Shown: piece by piece, positions 44,303 through 54,885 of the stretch
Position numbering within the stretch: the stretch's first letter is position 1
Layout of the letters: each line of letters opens with the position of its first letter
Assembly: GCA_963664825.1 (NCBI GenBank)
Contig: OY761614.1
Location: forward strand, 2,496,001 to 2,560,000
Length of the DNA stretch: 64,000 nucleotides
Origin: an uncultured Holophaga sp.
GTDB lineage: Bacteria > Acidobacteriota > Holophagae > Holophagales > Holophagaceae
Reading direction: 5' to 3'
The notes under the pieces: generated by a model
The model's input: the letters and a program-made list of their open reading frames with translations, nothing else
Databases searched by the model: none
Told to the model about the DNA's origin: nothing
Program-made: the position numbers and the translations under genes

Positions 44303-45721
44303 TCAGTAGCGGTAGCTCTCGGTCTTGTAGGGGCCTTCCAGGGGCACATTGATATAGGCGGCCTGTTTTTCCGTGAGCTGGGTGAGGCGGGCATTCAGCT
44401 TGCGAAGCTGGAGGCGGGCCACCCTCTCGTCCAGGTGCTTGGGCAGGGTGTAGACGCCCACCGGGTACTGGCCCTGCTTGGTCCACAGCTCGATCTGGGC
44501 CAGTGTCTGGTTGGCGAAGGAACTGGACATGACGTAGCTGGGGTGGCCCGTGGCGCACCCCAGGTTCACGAGACGGCCCTTGGCCAGCAGGATGAGGCGC
44601 TTGGCGGGGCGTCCGTCCAGGGGGGGGAAGATCACGTGATCCACCTGGGGCTTGATCTCCTCCCAGGGGTACTGCTCGATGCTGGCCACATCGATCTCGC
44701 TATCGAAGTGGCCGATGTTGCAGACGATGGCCTGGTCCTTCATGGTGGCCATGTGGTCATGGGTGATGACGTGGTAGTTGCCGGTGGCCGTCACGAAGAT
44801 ATCGGCCAGGGGGGCGGCCTCTTCCATGGTCACGACCCGGTATCCCTCCATGGCGGCCTGCAGGGCGCAGATGGGATCGATTTCGGTCACCCACACCTGG
44901 GCGCGCAGGGCGCTTAGCGCCTGGGCGCAGCCCTTGCCCACATCGCCGTAGCCGCAGACCAGGGCGACCTTCCCCGCGATCATCACGTCCGTGGCGCGCT
45001 TGATGCCGTCCACCAGGGACTCCCGGCAGCCGTAGAGATTATCGAACTTGGATTTGGTGACGCTATCGTTGACGTTGATGGCGGGGAACTTCAGCTCGCC
45101 CTTCTTGTGCATCTCGTAGAGGCGATGGACACCGGTTGTCGTCTCCTCCGTGACGCCCTTGATGGCTTTGAGCTGGCGGGAATACCAGGTGGCGTCCGTG
45201 GCCAGGCGCTTCTTGATGGAGGCGAAGAGCACCCGGGCCTCTTCGCTATCCGGGTGGTCCAGCACGTGGAGGTCCTGCTCGGCGCGAGCCCCCAGATGGA
45301 CCAGGAGGGTGGCATCGCCCCCATCGTCCAGGATCATATTGGGTGTGCCTTCCCTGAATTCAAAAATCCGGTGGGTGTAATCCCAGTAGTCCTCCAGGCT
45401 TTCGCCCTTGATGGCAAAGACCGGCGTGCCGCCCGCGGCGATGGCGGCCGCGGCGTGGTCCTGGGTGCTGTAGATATTGCAAGAGGCCCAGCGCACCTCG
45501 GCCCCCAGGGCCTTCAGCGTCTCGATGAGCACGGCTGTCTGGATGGTCATGTGCAGCGATCCCGCGATGCGGGCGCCCTTGAGGGGCTGCTGGCCTGCGT
45601 ATTCCTCGCGGATCACCATGAGCGCCGGCATCTCGGATTCGGCGATGGCTATCTCCTTGCGTCCCCAGGCCGAGAGGGAGAGATCGGCGACGATGTGCTG
45701 GGTCTGAGGGGCTGCGCTCAT
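44303..45721 (-). CDS. ahcY: Adenosylhomocysteinase
   Basis: [54 protein letters not shown]. Confidence 0.97.
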   Translation of the reverse strand: MSAAPQTQHIVADLSLSAWGRKEIAIAESEMPALMVIREEYAGQQPLKGARIAGSLHMTIQTAVLIETLKALGAEVRWASCNIYSTQDHAAAAIAAGGTPVFAIKGESLEDYWDYTHRIFEFREGTPNMILDDGGDATLLVHLGARAEQDLHVLDHPDSEEARVLFASIKKRLATDATWYSRQLKAIKGVTEETTTGVHRLYEMHKKGELKFPAINVNDSVTKSKFDNLYGCRESLVDGIKRATDVMIAGKVALVCGYGDVGKGCAQALSALRAQVWVTEIDPICALQAAMEGYRVVTMEEAAPLADIFVTATGNYHVITHDHMATMKDQAIVCNIGHFDSEIDVASIEQYPWEEIKPQVDHVIFPPLDGRPAKRLILLAKGRLVNLGCATGHPSYVMSSSFANQTLAQIELWTKQGQYPVGVYTLPKHLDERVARLQLRKLNARLTQLTEKQAAYINVPLEGPYKTESYRY

Positions 45722-45786
45722 GGGGTCTCCTTCGAGAATGGCCGGAGGGGGCTGCTCACCCGATTCCAAACCAGCCAGGTTTGTCC

Positions 45787-45871
45787 GGTGAGCGCGGTTG
45801 GATCAGGTTGACCCGCAGGTCAGGTTCCGAGCCTAGGACGCCTCATGGGCATCTCGCAGCGCTCCTCGGAC
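45787..45871 (-). promoter_or_regulatory. SAH riboswitch
   Basis: CCGAGGAGCGCTGCGA...AGGCTCGG...CAACCGCGCTC upstream of ahcY, matching the SAH aptamer consensus and its pseudoknot pairing. Confidence 0.88.
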
Positions 45872-45954
45872 AGGACTCTGATGATAATCGATTCCGGATT
45901 GCGACAAGGGGGAGAGTCCCGGAGGTGGTACATTCGCCCTGATCGGGGGCTGGA

Positions 45955-46683
45955 ATGAAACGCGCTTTGAACCTGCTTATCCTCACCGGGCTCCTGGCCT
46001 TCATTCCCACGGGCCTTGCCCAGGGACAGGCCGCTCCCCCCAATCCCGCATCCAGGTTCCTGCCCGTAGACGTCCTCGACCCCTGCCGGGTGCTGCCCCC
46101 GCCTCCGGAGCCGGGCACCTTGGCCGCCCTGGGCGACCTGGAGACGATCCTGCGGACCCAGGCGGGGCGAACGGCCGAGCAGGTGGCCCTGGCCAAGGCC
46201 GTGGACGGGGGCGGGCCCTTCGATTTCGCCCAGGTGCTGGGCTCCTGGTTCACGGCCTCGAACCTTCCCCGGATCGATGGCTTCCTGAAGCGGATCGGGG
46301 ATGAAATGCAGCCCTTGAGCAATCGAGCCAAGAACTGTCACTTCCGGCCCCGCCCTCCCCTGGTGGATTCCCGGGTCCAGCCCTGCGTGCCCTTCAGCAA
46401 ACACAGCAGCTCCTATCCCAGCGGCCATTCCCTCTATCTCTTCGTTCAGGCCGGCGTATTGGCGGAACTCTTCCCCGAGGCCCGGGAGGCGCTCCTGGCC
46501 TACGCCCATCGCGCGGCCTGGACCCGGATCCAGGCGGGTGTGCACTTTCCCACCGACGTGGTGGGAGGTCGCCTGCTGGCGGAAGCCATCCTGGCGGAGC
46601 TGAAGAAGAACCCCGCCTTCCGGGAGGCCCTGGAGGCCTGTCGGGCCGAAGCCGCTCCCTTCCGCTTGAAGAAGGCGGCATGA
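45955..46683 (+). CDS. Secreted PAP2 / class A acid phosphatase
   Basis: Signal peptide; K...RPRP, SYPSGHS, RIQAGVHFPTDV. Confidence 0.9.
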   Translation: MKRALNLLILTGLLAFIPTGLAQGQAAPPNPASRFLPVDVLDPCRVLPPPPEPGTLAALGDLETILRTQAGRTAEQVALAKAVDGGGPFDFAQVLGSWFTASNLPRIDGFLKRIGDEMQPLSNRAKNCHFRPRPPLVDSRVQPCVPFSKHSSSYPSGHSLYLFVQAGVLAELFPEAREALLAYAHRAAWTRIQAGVHFPTDVVGGRLLAEAILAELKKNPAFREALEACRAEAAPFRLKKAA

Positions 46684-46710
46684 AAATGGGGCCGCGAGGC
46701 CCCCTTTCAT
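46680..46710. terminator. Hairpin between convergent genes
   Basis: ATGAAA..GGGGCC-gcga-GGCCCC-TTTCAT. Confidence 0.55.
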
Positions 46711-46725
46711 GGGATGGGGAAAGAC

Positions 46726-48609
46726 TTACTTCACGGTGATGACGCGGGTGATGGCGCTGCTGACGCCGAGGGCGTCCTGAGCCGTGAAGGTGACCGTAAA
46801 GGTGCCCGTGGTGGCATAGGCGTGGGACGTGCTCAGGCCGGTGGCTGTGGCGCCGTCTCCGAAGGTCCAGCTGCTGTTCGCGACCGTGCTATTGGAACTG
46901 GTGGCGGCGGCCTGGAAGGTCTGGAGCGTCCCGCTGGAGAGGGTGCAGTCCCAGCTGGGGTTGATCACATGCACATTGGGTTTGGCCGTATTTTCGAAGG
47001 AGGTGCCCCATCCGACCACATCGACGGAGGCCAGGAAGGTCGCGGGGAGGGGGCTGGCGGGGGAGGGGAAGAAGGATAGGCCCGTCAGCTCTTCGATCCG
47101 GGCCACGCTGGTGACGTATTTCCAGAGATCGGCGTTGGCCGGCGTGTAGTCATGGGGGGCCAGGACGGCCAGCACCTTGGGGGCGCCGGGGGCGGTCTCC
47201 CGCACGATGATCTTGTAGAAGGCCGTGGGGATGGCGATATTCTTGGTGGAGAAGCGGGCGGGATCCGAGGTGAATACGGGCCCTGTGTAGACCCAGATGC
47301 GCTTGAAGGTGTCGGCGAGTCCCGGCACCCAGGTGGAGCCGCCGCTGCCGCCGACCACCTGCTCGAGGTTGTTCCAGAAGTTGTTGTTGTGGGTGGCCGA
47401 CTGGGGGCAGATGTTGGAAAGGCGGCAGGTGTCGGTGCCCGCCTGGGCGCCATAGCGATAGGCCAGGTCCGACATCATGGCCTGGTGGCCACGGGTCCAG
47501 CCGCTGCCCGAGTAGTCCGAGTCCGTCACCTGGGGGGAAGCCAGGCGATCGTCGGCCACGAAGGTGCGGGTGCCATTCGAGAAGGTCGTGATGAACTTGA
47601 AGTCGGCGTAGGCGGTCCAGATGGGATTCTTCAGGGTCTCGTCGTAGCCGAGCCGGAAGGCCCCGTTGGGGAAGGCCGTGCCCTGGTGGTAGGAGGGCAG
47701 GACGGTCTGGGGCCGGTTCGGCACCGTGATCGGATCGCCGGCGTAGGTGGGATTGGGGGCCATCACCGTAAGAGTGGCGTTCTCGCTGGTGACTGAGGTG
47801 CTGCCGTTGCCCACCAGGACGCTATACATGGCCGAGATCTCGTTGAGATCGGTGGCGCTGACGGTATAGCTCGCGGAGGTGGCCCCGGAGATGGCGGTGC
47901 CATTCTTCCGCCACTGGTAGGTGAGGTTGCTGCCGCTGGCCAGTACCGTGAAGGTGGCGCCATCCGGAGCCGAAACGGTCTGGCTCTTGGGTTGGGTCGT
48001 GATGCCGAAGGCGTTGGTGAGGACGGTGAGGGTGGCCGCCTGGCTGGTGAGGGACTGGGTGCCGCTGGTCACCGTCACCTGGAAGGTGGCGCCGTTATCG
48101 GCGCTGGTGGTGGCCGGTGTGGTGTAGGAGGCGGAGGTGGCGCCGGAGAGGGCGGTGCCGTTCTTGGTCCACTGGTAGGTGAGGCTGGAGCCCGTGGCGA
48201 CCACCTGGAAGGTGGCGGTGGCCGGAGCGGTGACGGTCCGGCTGGCGGGCTGGGTGGTGATGGCGAGGGCCGATGCGGACGTCACGGTGAGGAGGACGGA
48301 TTTACTGGTGATGGCGCCGTAGCCATTGGTGATGTAGACCTGGTATTTGGTGCCGTTATCGGCGCTGATGGTGGCGGCGGTGGTGTAGGTCCTCGAGGTG
48401 GCGCCTGCGATATTGACCCCGTTCTTCCGCCACTGGTATTTCAGGGTGCTGGTGCCCGCGGCGGTCACGGAGAAGGTGGCCTTGGCCCCGGCGGCGACCG
48501 TCACTGCGGCGGGCTGGGTGGTGATGGAAGGGGCCGTCCCGGCCTGAAGCAGGGCGGGGACGGACATGCAGAGGGCTGCGCCTAGGGTGTAGGCGGTGTG
48601 GAAGGACAT
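46726..48609 (-). CDS. Secreted DNA/RNA non-specific endonuclease with three Ig-like repeats and a PKD domain
   Basis: Three ITTQP...YQW.KNG repeats; YSGSGWTRGH, SNICPQ, IPTAFYKII; C-terminal WTFGDG. Confidence 0.88.
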   Translation of the reverse strand: MSFHTAYTLGAALCMSVPALLQAGTAPSITTQPAAVTVAAGAKATFSVTAAGTSTLKYQWRKNGVNIAGATSRTYTTAATISADNGTKYQVYITNGYGAITSKSVLLTVTSASALAITTQPASRTVTAPATATFQVVATGSSLTYQWTKNGTALSGATSASYTTPATTSADNGATFQVTVTSGTQSLTSQAATLTVLTNAFGITTQPKSQTVSAPDGATFTVLASGSNLTYQWRKNGTAISGATSASYTVSATDLNEISAMYSVLVGNGSTSVTSENATLTVMAPNPTYAGDPITVPNRPQTVLPSYHQGTAFPNGAFRLGYDETLKNPIWTAYADFKFITTFSNGTRTFVADDRLASPQVTDSDYSGSGWTRGHQAMMSDLAYRYGAQAGTDTCRLSNICPQSATHNNNFWNNLEQVVGGSGGSTWVPGLADTFKRIWVYTGPVFTSDPARFSTKNIAIPTAFYKIIVRETAPGAPKVLAVLAPHDYTPANADLWKYVTSVARIEELTGLSFFPSPASPLPATFLASVDVVGWGTSFENTAKPNVHVINPSWDCTLSSGTLQTFQAAATSSNSTVANSSWTFGDGATATGLSTSHAYATTGTFTVTFTAQDALGVSSAITRVITVK

Positions 48610-48802
48610 GGGAACTCCCAGGATGGATTGGAAAGATCGATCCTTCCTTGTATCCCAAATCCCTCCTTCGGCCCATGGAAATATCGTAAATTTTTTTATC
48701 GCGACCATATTTTCTTAGTCCGTGCCCGGAATTCATGGCCCCTCGAGGCATCCTTTCCGCAGGCGCAGGATTCGAGTGGCATCGGGCCGGGGGCAGGGGC
48801 CC

Positions 48803-49921
48803 TCATTCCCTCAGGAAGTGGCAGGTGTAGCCATCGGGATGCTTCTGGAGGTAGTCCTGGTGGTGCTCCTCGGCCTTCCACCAGGGGCCCGCGGGGCTGA
48901 TCTCGGTGACCAGGGGGCCCTTCCACTTCCCGGAGGCCTCCACCTCGGCCTTCACCTTCTCGGCGGTGCGCTTCTGTGTGTCGTCATGGAAGAAGATGGC
49001 GCTGCGGTAGGAACTGCCCCGATCGTTGCCCTGGCGGTTGAGGGTCGTGGGGTCGTGCATGCGGAAGAAGAAGCGCAGGAGGGTCTCGAAGCTGGTCCTT
49101 GCAGGATCGAAGCGGATCTGGACGGCTTCGGCGTGGCTCTCGTGGTGCTCGTAGGTGGCGTTGGCCACGGTACCGCCGGTGTAGCCCACTTCGATTTCCA
49201 GGACGCCGGGTTGCTGGCGGAGCAGTTCCTCCATGCCCCAGAAGCAGCCGCCGGCGAGGGTCGCCAACTCTGTCCGGGGGGGACCGCCCGGCCCCTGGAG
49301 GGGGGCCTCTGCGTCCCCCCCGGAATTGCTTTGCCTGGGCGCGGGCTTCCCGAAGAGGGGCAGGGCGCTGCCGTAGCCTTCCTTCTCCAGAGCCTCCAGG
49401 GGGATGAAGCGCAGGGAGGCTGAATTGATGCAGTAGCGCAGGCCGCCCCGGTCGGCGGGACCGTCGTCGAAGACATGGCCCAGGTGGGAATCGGCCTCCC
49501 GGGAGCGCACCTCCGTGCGGGCCATGCCATGGGAGAGATCGGGCCTTTCCACCACCTCCGAGCCATCCACGGGCTTGGTGAAACTGGGCCATCCGCAGCC
49601 CGAATCGAACTTGTCCTTGGAGGAGAAGAGGGCCTTGCCGCTCACGATATCGACGTAGAGGCCCTCCCGGTGCTCGTTCCAAAATTCGTTCTGGAAGGCG
49701 GGTTCGGTGGCGGCCTCCTGGGTGACCCGGTATTGCAGGGGGCTCAGCTGATATTTGCGTTCGTCCTGGGTGGGTTTGGGGGGCACGGATGTCTCCTGGT
49801 GTGAGCGTCGAGGGGCATCATGGATGGATGCCGACTGGGAATGGGCGGAGAACGCGGAGAACCCGAGCCCGGCCGCCAGGGCACCGACCACCAGCAGAGC
49901 CCATATCTTCTGCGATGTCAT
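48803..49921 (-). CDS. msrAB: Exported bifunctional methionine sulfoxide reductase (MsrB-MsrA)
   Basis: Signal peptide; GCGWPSF, HLGHVF, RYCINS, then AGGCFWG and AEEHHQDYL. Confidence 0.93.
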   Translation of the reverse strand: MTSQKIWALLVVGALAAGLGFSAFSAHSQSASIHDAPRRSHQETSVPPKPTQDERKYQLSPLQYRVTQEAATEPAFQNEFWNEHREGLYVDIVSGKALFSSKDKFDSGCGWPSFTKPVDGSEVVERPDLSHGMARTEVRSREADSHLGHVFDDGPADRGGLRYCINSASLRFIPLEALEKEGYGSALPLFGKPAPRQSNSGGDAEAPLQGPGGPPRTELATLAGGCFWGMEELLRQQPGVLEIEVGYTGGTVANATYEHHESHAEAVQIRFDPARTSFETLLRFFFRMHDPTTLNRQGNDRGSSYRSAIFFHDDTQKRTAEKVKAEVEASGKWKGPLVTEISPAGPWWKAEEHHQDYLQKHPDGYTCHFLRE

Positions 49922-50121
49922 GAGGCCCTCCCCTTCCTGGGTTGGATGCAGGAGGCTTCCCCTGTGTGAGGGGCCAAAAAAGGTTCTTCTCTGTGCCCGC
50001 TCTTTTTCGCGCCCTTCGCTTCCTTGGCGCTATTCGCGTTCCTTATGGATGCCTGGGGTGAGTGAAGCGATCCCCCGGCCCGTGGTACCGTGGGGGACAT
50101 TCCCTGTCAGATGGAGCCCCT

Positions 50122-51663
50122 GTGACTGATTTGACCTCCCCCCCCTCGCCTCTGCGAGAGATCACCCAGCCCTTTCGAGATCTGATCCATGCCCCCAGGG
50201 CCCTGTGGGCGGTGAACCTGAGCTACATGCTGGAGGGCTTCGCCTACTTCGGCACGCTCACCTACCTGGCCATGTACTTCAACCAGATCGTGGGCCTCAG
50301 TGATAAGCACGCGGGCTGGATGGTGGGGGCCCTCACCTCGGGCATCACCTTCTCCATGCTGATATTCGGTTCCCGGGTGGATGCCTGGGGGCTGCGCCGC
50401 ACCCTCATCGTGGCCATCTGCCTGATGTTTTTGGGGCGCGTCCTGCTGGCCCTGACGCCGGGGCTGGGGCTCACGGGCGGGAGCCTGGGCTCCTCCATGA
50501 ACCTGACGGCTCTCGGCGGCATCCTCCTCATCGTCTCGGGCTTCGGTATGTATCAGCCGGCCATCTACGCGGGCACCCGCCAGATCACCACAGCCGCCAC
50601 CTCGGGCATGGCCTTCGCCATGCTCTATGCCGTCAATAACCTGGGGGGCTGGCTGCCCTCCTTCATGTCGCCCGTGCGTCGGGCCTTCGGCATGAATGGC
50701 GCCATCGGCTTCTATGCCTTCACGACCCTGTTGGGGTTGACGCTCCTGATCTCCCTGCTGACCCGGAAGACCCTGGAGAAGGCCACGGCCGAGGCGAAGG
50801 CTGCTGCAACGCCCCAGACCGAGACCGAAAGGGCCGCCGCCCAGGACGCCCGGGACACAAAGGCCGCCGAGGATCACGCCCGCAGGGTCCCCGTGCATCT
50901 CTGGGTCTGCCTATCCCTGCTGGTCCTGCTCGTGGTGTTGGTGCCCTCCTGGAAGGGGCGGGAGCTCCTGTGGGGGGTGGAGGCCCTCTGCGTCGCGGCC
51001 TTCTTCCTGCTCCCTTCGGGAAAACGGAAGGGCATCCTGCGCTGGCTGGCCAACCATCCCCTTGGGGATCTGAAGTTCTTCGCCTTCATCTTCGCCCTCA
51101 TCCCCGTGCAGACGCTCTTCGCCTACAACTGGCTGGTGATCCCCCAGTACGTGGCCCGGGCCTTTGCCCATTCGACAGTGGGCCAGAACTTCGAGGTGGC
51201 CGCGAACCTGAACGCCCTCCTGATCTTCATCCTCTGTCCCATCGTGGCGGCCCTCTCGGTGCGGACCAAGGTCTACAACATGATGATCGCGGGGACAGCC
51301 GTGATGGCGGCACCCGCCTTCATCCTTTCCCTGGGGCCCACCGTCTGGGGCCTCTTCGCCTACATCCTGGTGCTCAGCATCGGCGAGGCCATGTGGCAGC
51401 CGCGCTTCCTCCAGTACGCCGCCGAGATCGCCCCCGAGGGCCGTACGGGGGCCTACATGGGCGTGGCCCAGTTCCCCTGGTTCCTCACCAAGATGCTCGT
51501 GCCCATCTATTCCGGCATCGCCCTGGCGCGCTGGTGTCCTGAGAAGGGCCCCCAGGCCACGGGCACCATGTGGTTCTTCTTCGGATGCCTGGCCTGCGTG
51601 AGCACCGTCGTGCTCATCCTGGCCAAGGGCTGGCTGGGGAAGGATTTCAAGACCCAGGCCTAG
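50122..51663 (+). CDS. MFS transporter (POT/peptide-like)
   Basis: Multiple TM helices; LEGFAYFG, DAWGLRR, GEAMWQPR, APEGRTGAYMG. Confidence 0.82.
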   Translation: MTDLTSPPSPLREITQPFRDLIHAPRALWAVNLSYMLEGFAYFGTLTYLAMYFNQIVGLSDKHAGWMVGALTSGITFSMLIFGSRVDAWGLRRTLIVAICLMFLGRVLLALTPGLGLTGGSLGSSMNLTALGGILLIVSGFGMYQPAIYAGTRQITTAATSGMAFAMLYAVNNLGGWLPSFMSPVRRAFGMNGAIGFYAFTTLLGLTLLISLLTRKTLEKATAEAKAAATPQTETERAAAQDARDTKAAEDHARRVPVHLWVCLSLLVLLVVLVPSWKGRELLWGVEALCVAAFFLLPSGKRKGILRWLANHPLGDLKFFAFIFALIPVQTLFAYNWLVIPQYVARAFAHSTVGQNFEVAANLNALLIFILCPIVAALSVRTKVYNMMIAGTAVMAAPAFILSLGPTVWGLFAYILVLSIGEAMWQPRFLQYAAEIAPEGRTGAYMGVAQFPWFLTKMLVPIYSGIALARWCPEKGPQATGTMWFFFGCLACVSTVVLILAKGWLGKDFKTQA

Positions 51664-52946
51664 CCCAGCAGTACGCTCTTCAGCAGCATCAGGTTCAGGC
51701 CGATCACCACCACGGCCGTGGTCCAGAGCAGGGCCTTCCCCGCTCCTGAATTGGCGTAGGCGCCCATGACCCTGCGGGAGGAGGTGAGGCTGAGCTGGAG
51801 GAGGATGGTGATGGGGAGCTGGAGGCTGAGGAGCACCTGGCTCAACAGCAGGGCCTTGAAGCTATTGGTCACGAAAAAGATCACCGCCAGGGCGGGCAGC
51901 AGTGTGACCAGCAGACCGGCTCTTGTATGGCCGTCACGGATATCGAAGGTGCGGCCGAAGATCCCCGTGAAGATGCTGCCCCCGGCCATGCCCGCGGTGA
52001 TCGAAGAGGCCACCCCTGCCGCCAGCAGGGCCAGGGCGAAGACCATGGCCGCCGCCGGGCCCAGGATGGGCCGCAGCATGGCTTCGGCCTGTTCCAGGGA
52101 AGCCACCGGCACCCCTTGATGAAAGAAGGTGGCCGCGGCCAGCAGGATCATCGCGCTATTGATGGCCCAGCCCGCGAGCATGGAAAACAGCGTATCGAAG
52201 AACTCGAAGCGCAGATGGTGGCGGATGGCTTCATCCCCCTGGAGGCTCCACTTGCGGCTCTGGATGAATTCCGAGTGCAGGAAGAGATTGTGGGGCATCA
52301 CCACCGCCCCCAGCACGCTCATGACGATGGTCATGGAACCCAGGGGCAGGCTGGGTCTCACCCAGCCTGTGATAGCCGCGCTCCAGTGGGTTTGGACCAG
52401 CATCAGCTCGAAGAGGAATCCCAGTCCGATGAGGGAGACGAAGCCCACGATGAGCTTCTCGATGCGGCCATAGGTGTTGAGGAAGAGCAGGACGCCCACC
52501 ACCAGGGCCGTGAGGCAGGCGCCGAGCCTGAGGGGCAGGTGGAAGAGCATCCCCAGGGCGATGGCGCCCCCCAGGATCTCGGCGAAGGCCGTGGCTTGGG
52601 CCGCCAGCACGGCCGACGCGAGCGCGGGCCGGGAAATCCACGTGGGCATGTGCAGGGTCGCCGATTCCGCCAGGCAGAGTCCCGTGACGATGCCCAGATG
52701 GGCCGCGTTGTGCTGGAGCAGGATGAGCATGAAGGTGGAGAGGGTCACGACCCAGAGCAGCTGGTAGCCGAAGCCTGAGCCCGCGGCCACGTTGGAGGCC
52801 CAGTTGCCCGGATCGATGAAGCCCACGGCCACCAGCATGCCTGGGCCCAGGAAGCGCAAGGGGCTCCAGGCCTCGGGAAAGGGGCTGCGCAGGCGGTGGT
52901 GTTCACGGAACTCGGCCCAGGTCTTCATGAAACCTCTGATGTTCAA
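51660..52946 (-). CDS. mntH: NRAMP-family divalent metal transporter
   Basis: GPGMLVAVGFIDPGNW and GAVVMPHNLFLHS. Confidence 0.9.
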   Translation of the reverse strand: MNIRGFMKTWAEFREHHRLRSPFPEAWSPLRFLGPGMLVAVGFIDPGNWASNVAAGSGFGYQLLWVVTLSTFMLILLQHNAAHLGIVTGLCLAESATLHMPTWISRPALASAVLAAQATAFAEILGGAIALGMLFHLPLRLGACLTALVVGVLLFLNTYGRIEKLIVGFVSLIGLGFLFELMLVQTHWSAAITGWVRPSLPLGSMTIVMSVLGAVVMPHNLFLHSEFIQSRKWSLQGDEAIRHHLRFEFFDTLFSMLAGWAINSAMILLAAATFFHQGVPVASLEQAEAMLRPILGPAAAMVFALALLAAGVASSITAGMAGGSIFTGIFGRTFDIRDGHTRAGLLVTLLPALAVIFFVTNSFKALLLSQVLLSLQLPITILLQLSLTSSRRVMGAYANSGAGKALLWTTAVVVIGLNLMLLKSVLLG

Positions 52947-52980
52947 GAGTATGGGCCCGTCCTACTCCACCTTCTATCCG

Positions 52981-53153
52981 TTCAACCCGGATTTAGCGTT
53001 TGGTTCTGTCGATGCGTTCCCAACGGGCGACACATTACGGCATTTCGAGTCGCGGCACGGCACAGTTTGGGCTTTGCCCAAGCCTGTGCCGCACCGCTCT
53101 ACGCCGCCAGCCTGTCGTCTGTCGGCTACTCGAAATGCACAATTCGGGTTCAA
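52981..53153 (-). promoter_or_regulatory. Structured leader upstream of mntH (candidate cis-regulatory RNA)
   Basis: Nested inverted repeats, including a perfect 11-bp stem and a 14-bp stem with G-U pairs on the sense strand. Confidence 0.45.
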
Positions 53154-53235
53154 GCCGTGGCTGGAGCTCGAGAGGCGGAGCGATGATCGAGGCGGGCAGT
53201 GCCGCGGCCGGAGAGAAGGGCCTGCGCACCTGGTA

Positions 53236-54885
53236 TCAGGCATCCAGAATCTCTCTGACCCTGCCCAGCAGATCGATCCGGGTGAAGGGTTTTTGGAGAA
53301 AGCCTGCACCTCGGCCTGGCAGATCCTGGAGGCTGATGGTGCCTGCGGGGTAGCCCGACAGGAAGAGGGGGCGAATCTCGGGACGGGAGCAGCGAATGCG
53401 TTCGAAGAGCTCACGGCCATTGAGCTCGGGCATCACGAGATCCGTGACGAGCATGGCGATGGGCTCTGCGTGGGTCGCTGCCAGGCGCAGGGCCTCCAGG
53501 GGGCTGGAGGCAGCCAGCACTCGGTAGCCTGCGTCCTCCAGGAGGCGCAGGGCCAATTCCAGGAGGGCCACCTCGTCTTCCACCAGGAGCAGGGTCTCCT
53601 GTCCACCCACCAGGGAGGCCTTGGGCACCAGTGCCATGGGCCCTTCGCCCAGGTGCCGGGGCAGGTGAACCCGGAAGGTGGTGCCTACGCCCACGACGCT
53701 GTAGACGCTGATGAAGCCATTGTTCTGTCGGACGATGCCGTAGACCGTGGCCAGGCCCAGCCCTGTCCCCTGGCCCAGGGCCTTGGTGGTGAAAAAGGGA
53801 TCGAAGATCCTCGCCTGGACCTCCGGCGTCATTCCGTGGCCGTTGTCCGTCACCGTGAGCACCACGAATTCCCCCGGGCTCGCATCGGGGTGCTGATGGG
53901 TGTAGGTCTCATCCAGCTGGGCGCTGGCCGTTTCCAGGGTGATGGTGCCGCCGGGGCTCAGCGCATCCCGGGCGTTTACGGCGAGGTTGGTCACGATCTG
54001 GTCCAGCTGGGTGGGATCGGCCCACACATTCAACGGGGTCTTGGAGGGTTTCCAGGCCAGGGTGTGCTGCTCTCCGATGATCCGCCGCAGCATCTTCTGG
54101 GCGCCCTCCACGATCATATTGAGGTCCACGATCTGAGGCTGGATGGGCTGCTTGCGGGCGAAGGCGAGCAGTTGGCGGGTGAGGTCCGCGGAATGGAAGG
54201 CGGCCCTGCGGATCTGCTCCAGGTCCTTGGCGAGGGGACTTCCCCCCGGGGCGTCCTCCAACAGCAGATCCGTATAGCCGATGATGACTCCCAGCATGTT
54301 GTTGGTGTCGTGGGCCACTCCTCCAGCGAGCTGGCCCAGGGCGTCCAGTTTCTGCGCCTGGTGGAGCATCTCCTCCAGACGGAGCCGTTCGGAGATATCC
54401 CGTACCACGGCCACGATGGCCTCCTGCTCGAACCAGAGGGCCTGGCGCAGGGAGATCTCCACATCGAACTCGCGATCCGGGGTCGTGGGCCGCCGCCCCT
54501 TCCAGCGGAAGAGCGCGTAGCCATCCCGGCGCAGGGCGTTCCATAGCTCCTGAAGCCTGCCTTCGAGATTCGCCTCTCCCATCATCTGGGCGGAGTAATC
54601 CTGGATGCGGTAATTCCGGCAGGATTGCCAATCCACGCCGAACATATTCAGCATGGCGTCGTTCACTTCCAGCACCCGGCCCTGGAAGTCGTGGATGATC
54701 ACGGCATCGTGCAGACTGTTGAAGATCGCCCGCAGGTTCGCCTCGGACTGATGGAGACTCTCCTGGGCCGTCTCCAGCTGGGTAATCCGGGTCAGCAGCT
54801 CGGGATAGTAGGTCCTCCGGGAGGAATCCTCCCCCAGGCCGATGATGCTCTCTCGCATCCGGTTCCAGTTGCGCCGTTCCTTCAT
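53236..54885 (-). CDS. PAS-domain hybrid sensor kinase / receiver (ErcS-like N-terminus)
   Basis: [50 protein letters not shown]-terminal receiver. Confidence 0.9.
   Translation of the reverse strand: MKERRNWNRMRESIIGLGEDSSRRTYYPELLTRITQLETAQESLHQSEANLRAIFNSLHDAVIIHDFQGRVLEVNDAMLNMFGVDWQSCRNYRIQDYSAQMMGEANLEGRLQELWNALRRDGYALFRWKGRRPTTPDREFDVEISLRQALWFEQEAIVAVVRDISERLRLEEMLHQAQKLDALGQLAGGVAHDTNNMLGVIIGYTDLLLEDAPGGSPLAKDLEQIRRAAFHSADLTRQLLAFARKQPIQPQIVDLNMIVEGAQKMLRRIIGEQHTLAWKPSKTPLNVWADPTQLDQIVTNLAVNARDALSPGGTITLETASAQLDETYTHQHPDASPGEFVVLTVTDNGHGMTPEVQARIFDPFFTTKALGQGTGLGLATVYGIVRQNNGFISVYSVVGVGTTFRVHLPRHLGEGPMALVPKASLVGGQETLLLVEDEVALLELALRLLEDAGYRVLAASSPLEALRLAATHAEPIAMLVTDLVMPELNGRELFERIRCSRPEIRPLFLSGYPAGTISLQDLPGRGAGFLQKPFTRIDLLGRVREILDA

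Noticed and set aside
52979..52991. 13-nt match (TCCGGGTTGAACG) to the attC arm upstream of mntH, suggesting a solitary attC
   Set aside because: There are no correctly spaced GTTRRRY and RYYYAAC boxes; treated as coincidence.
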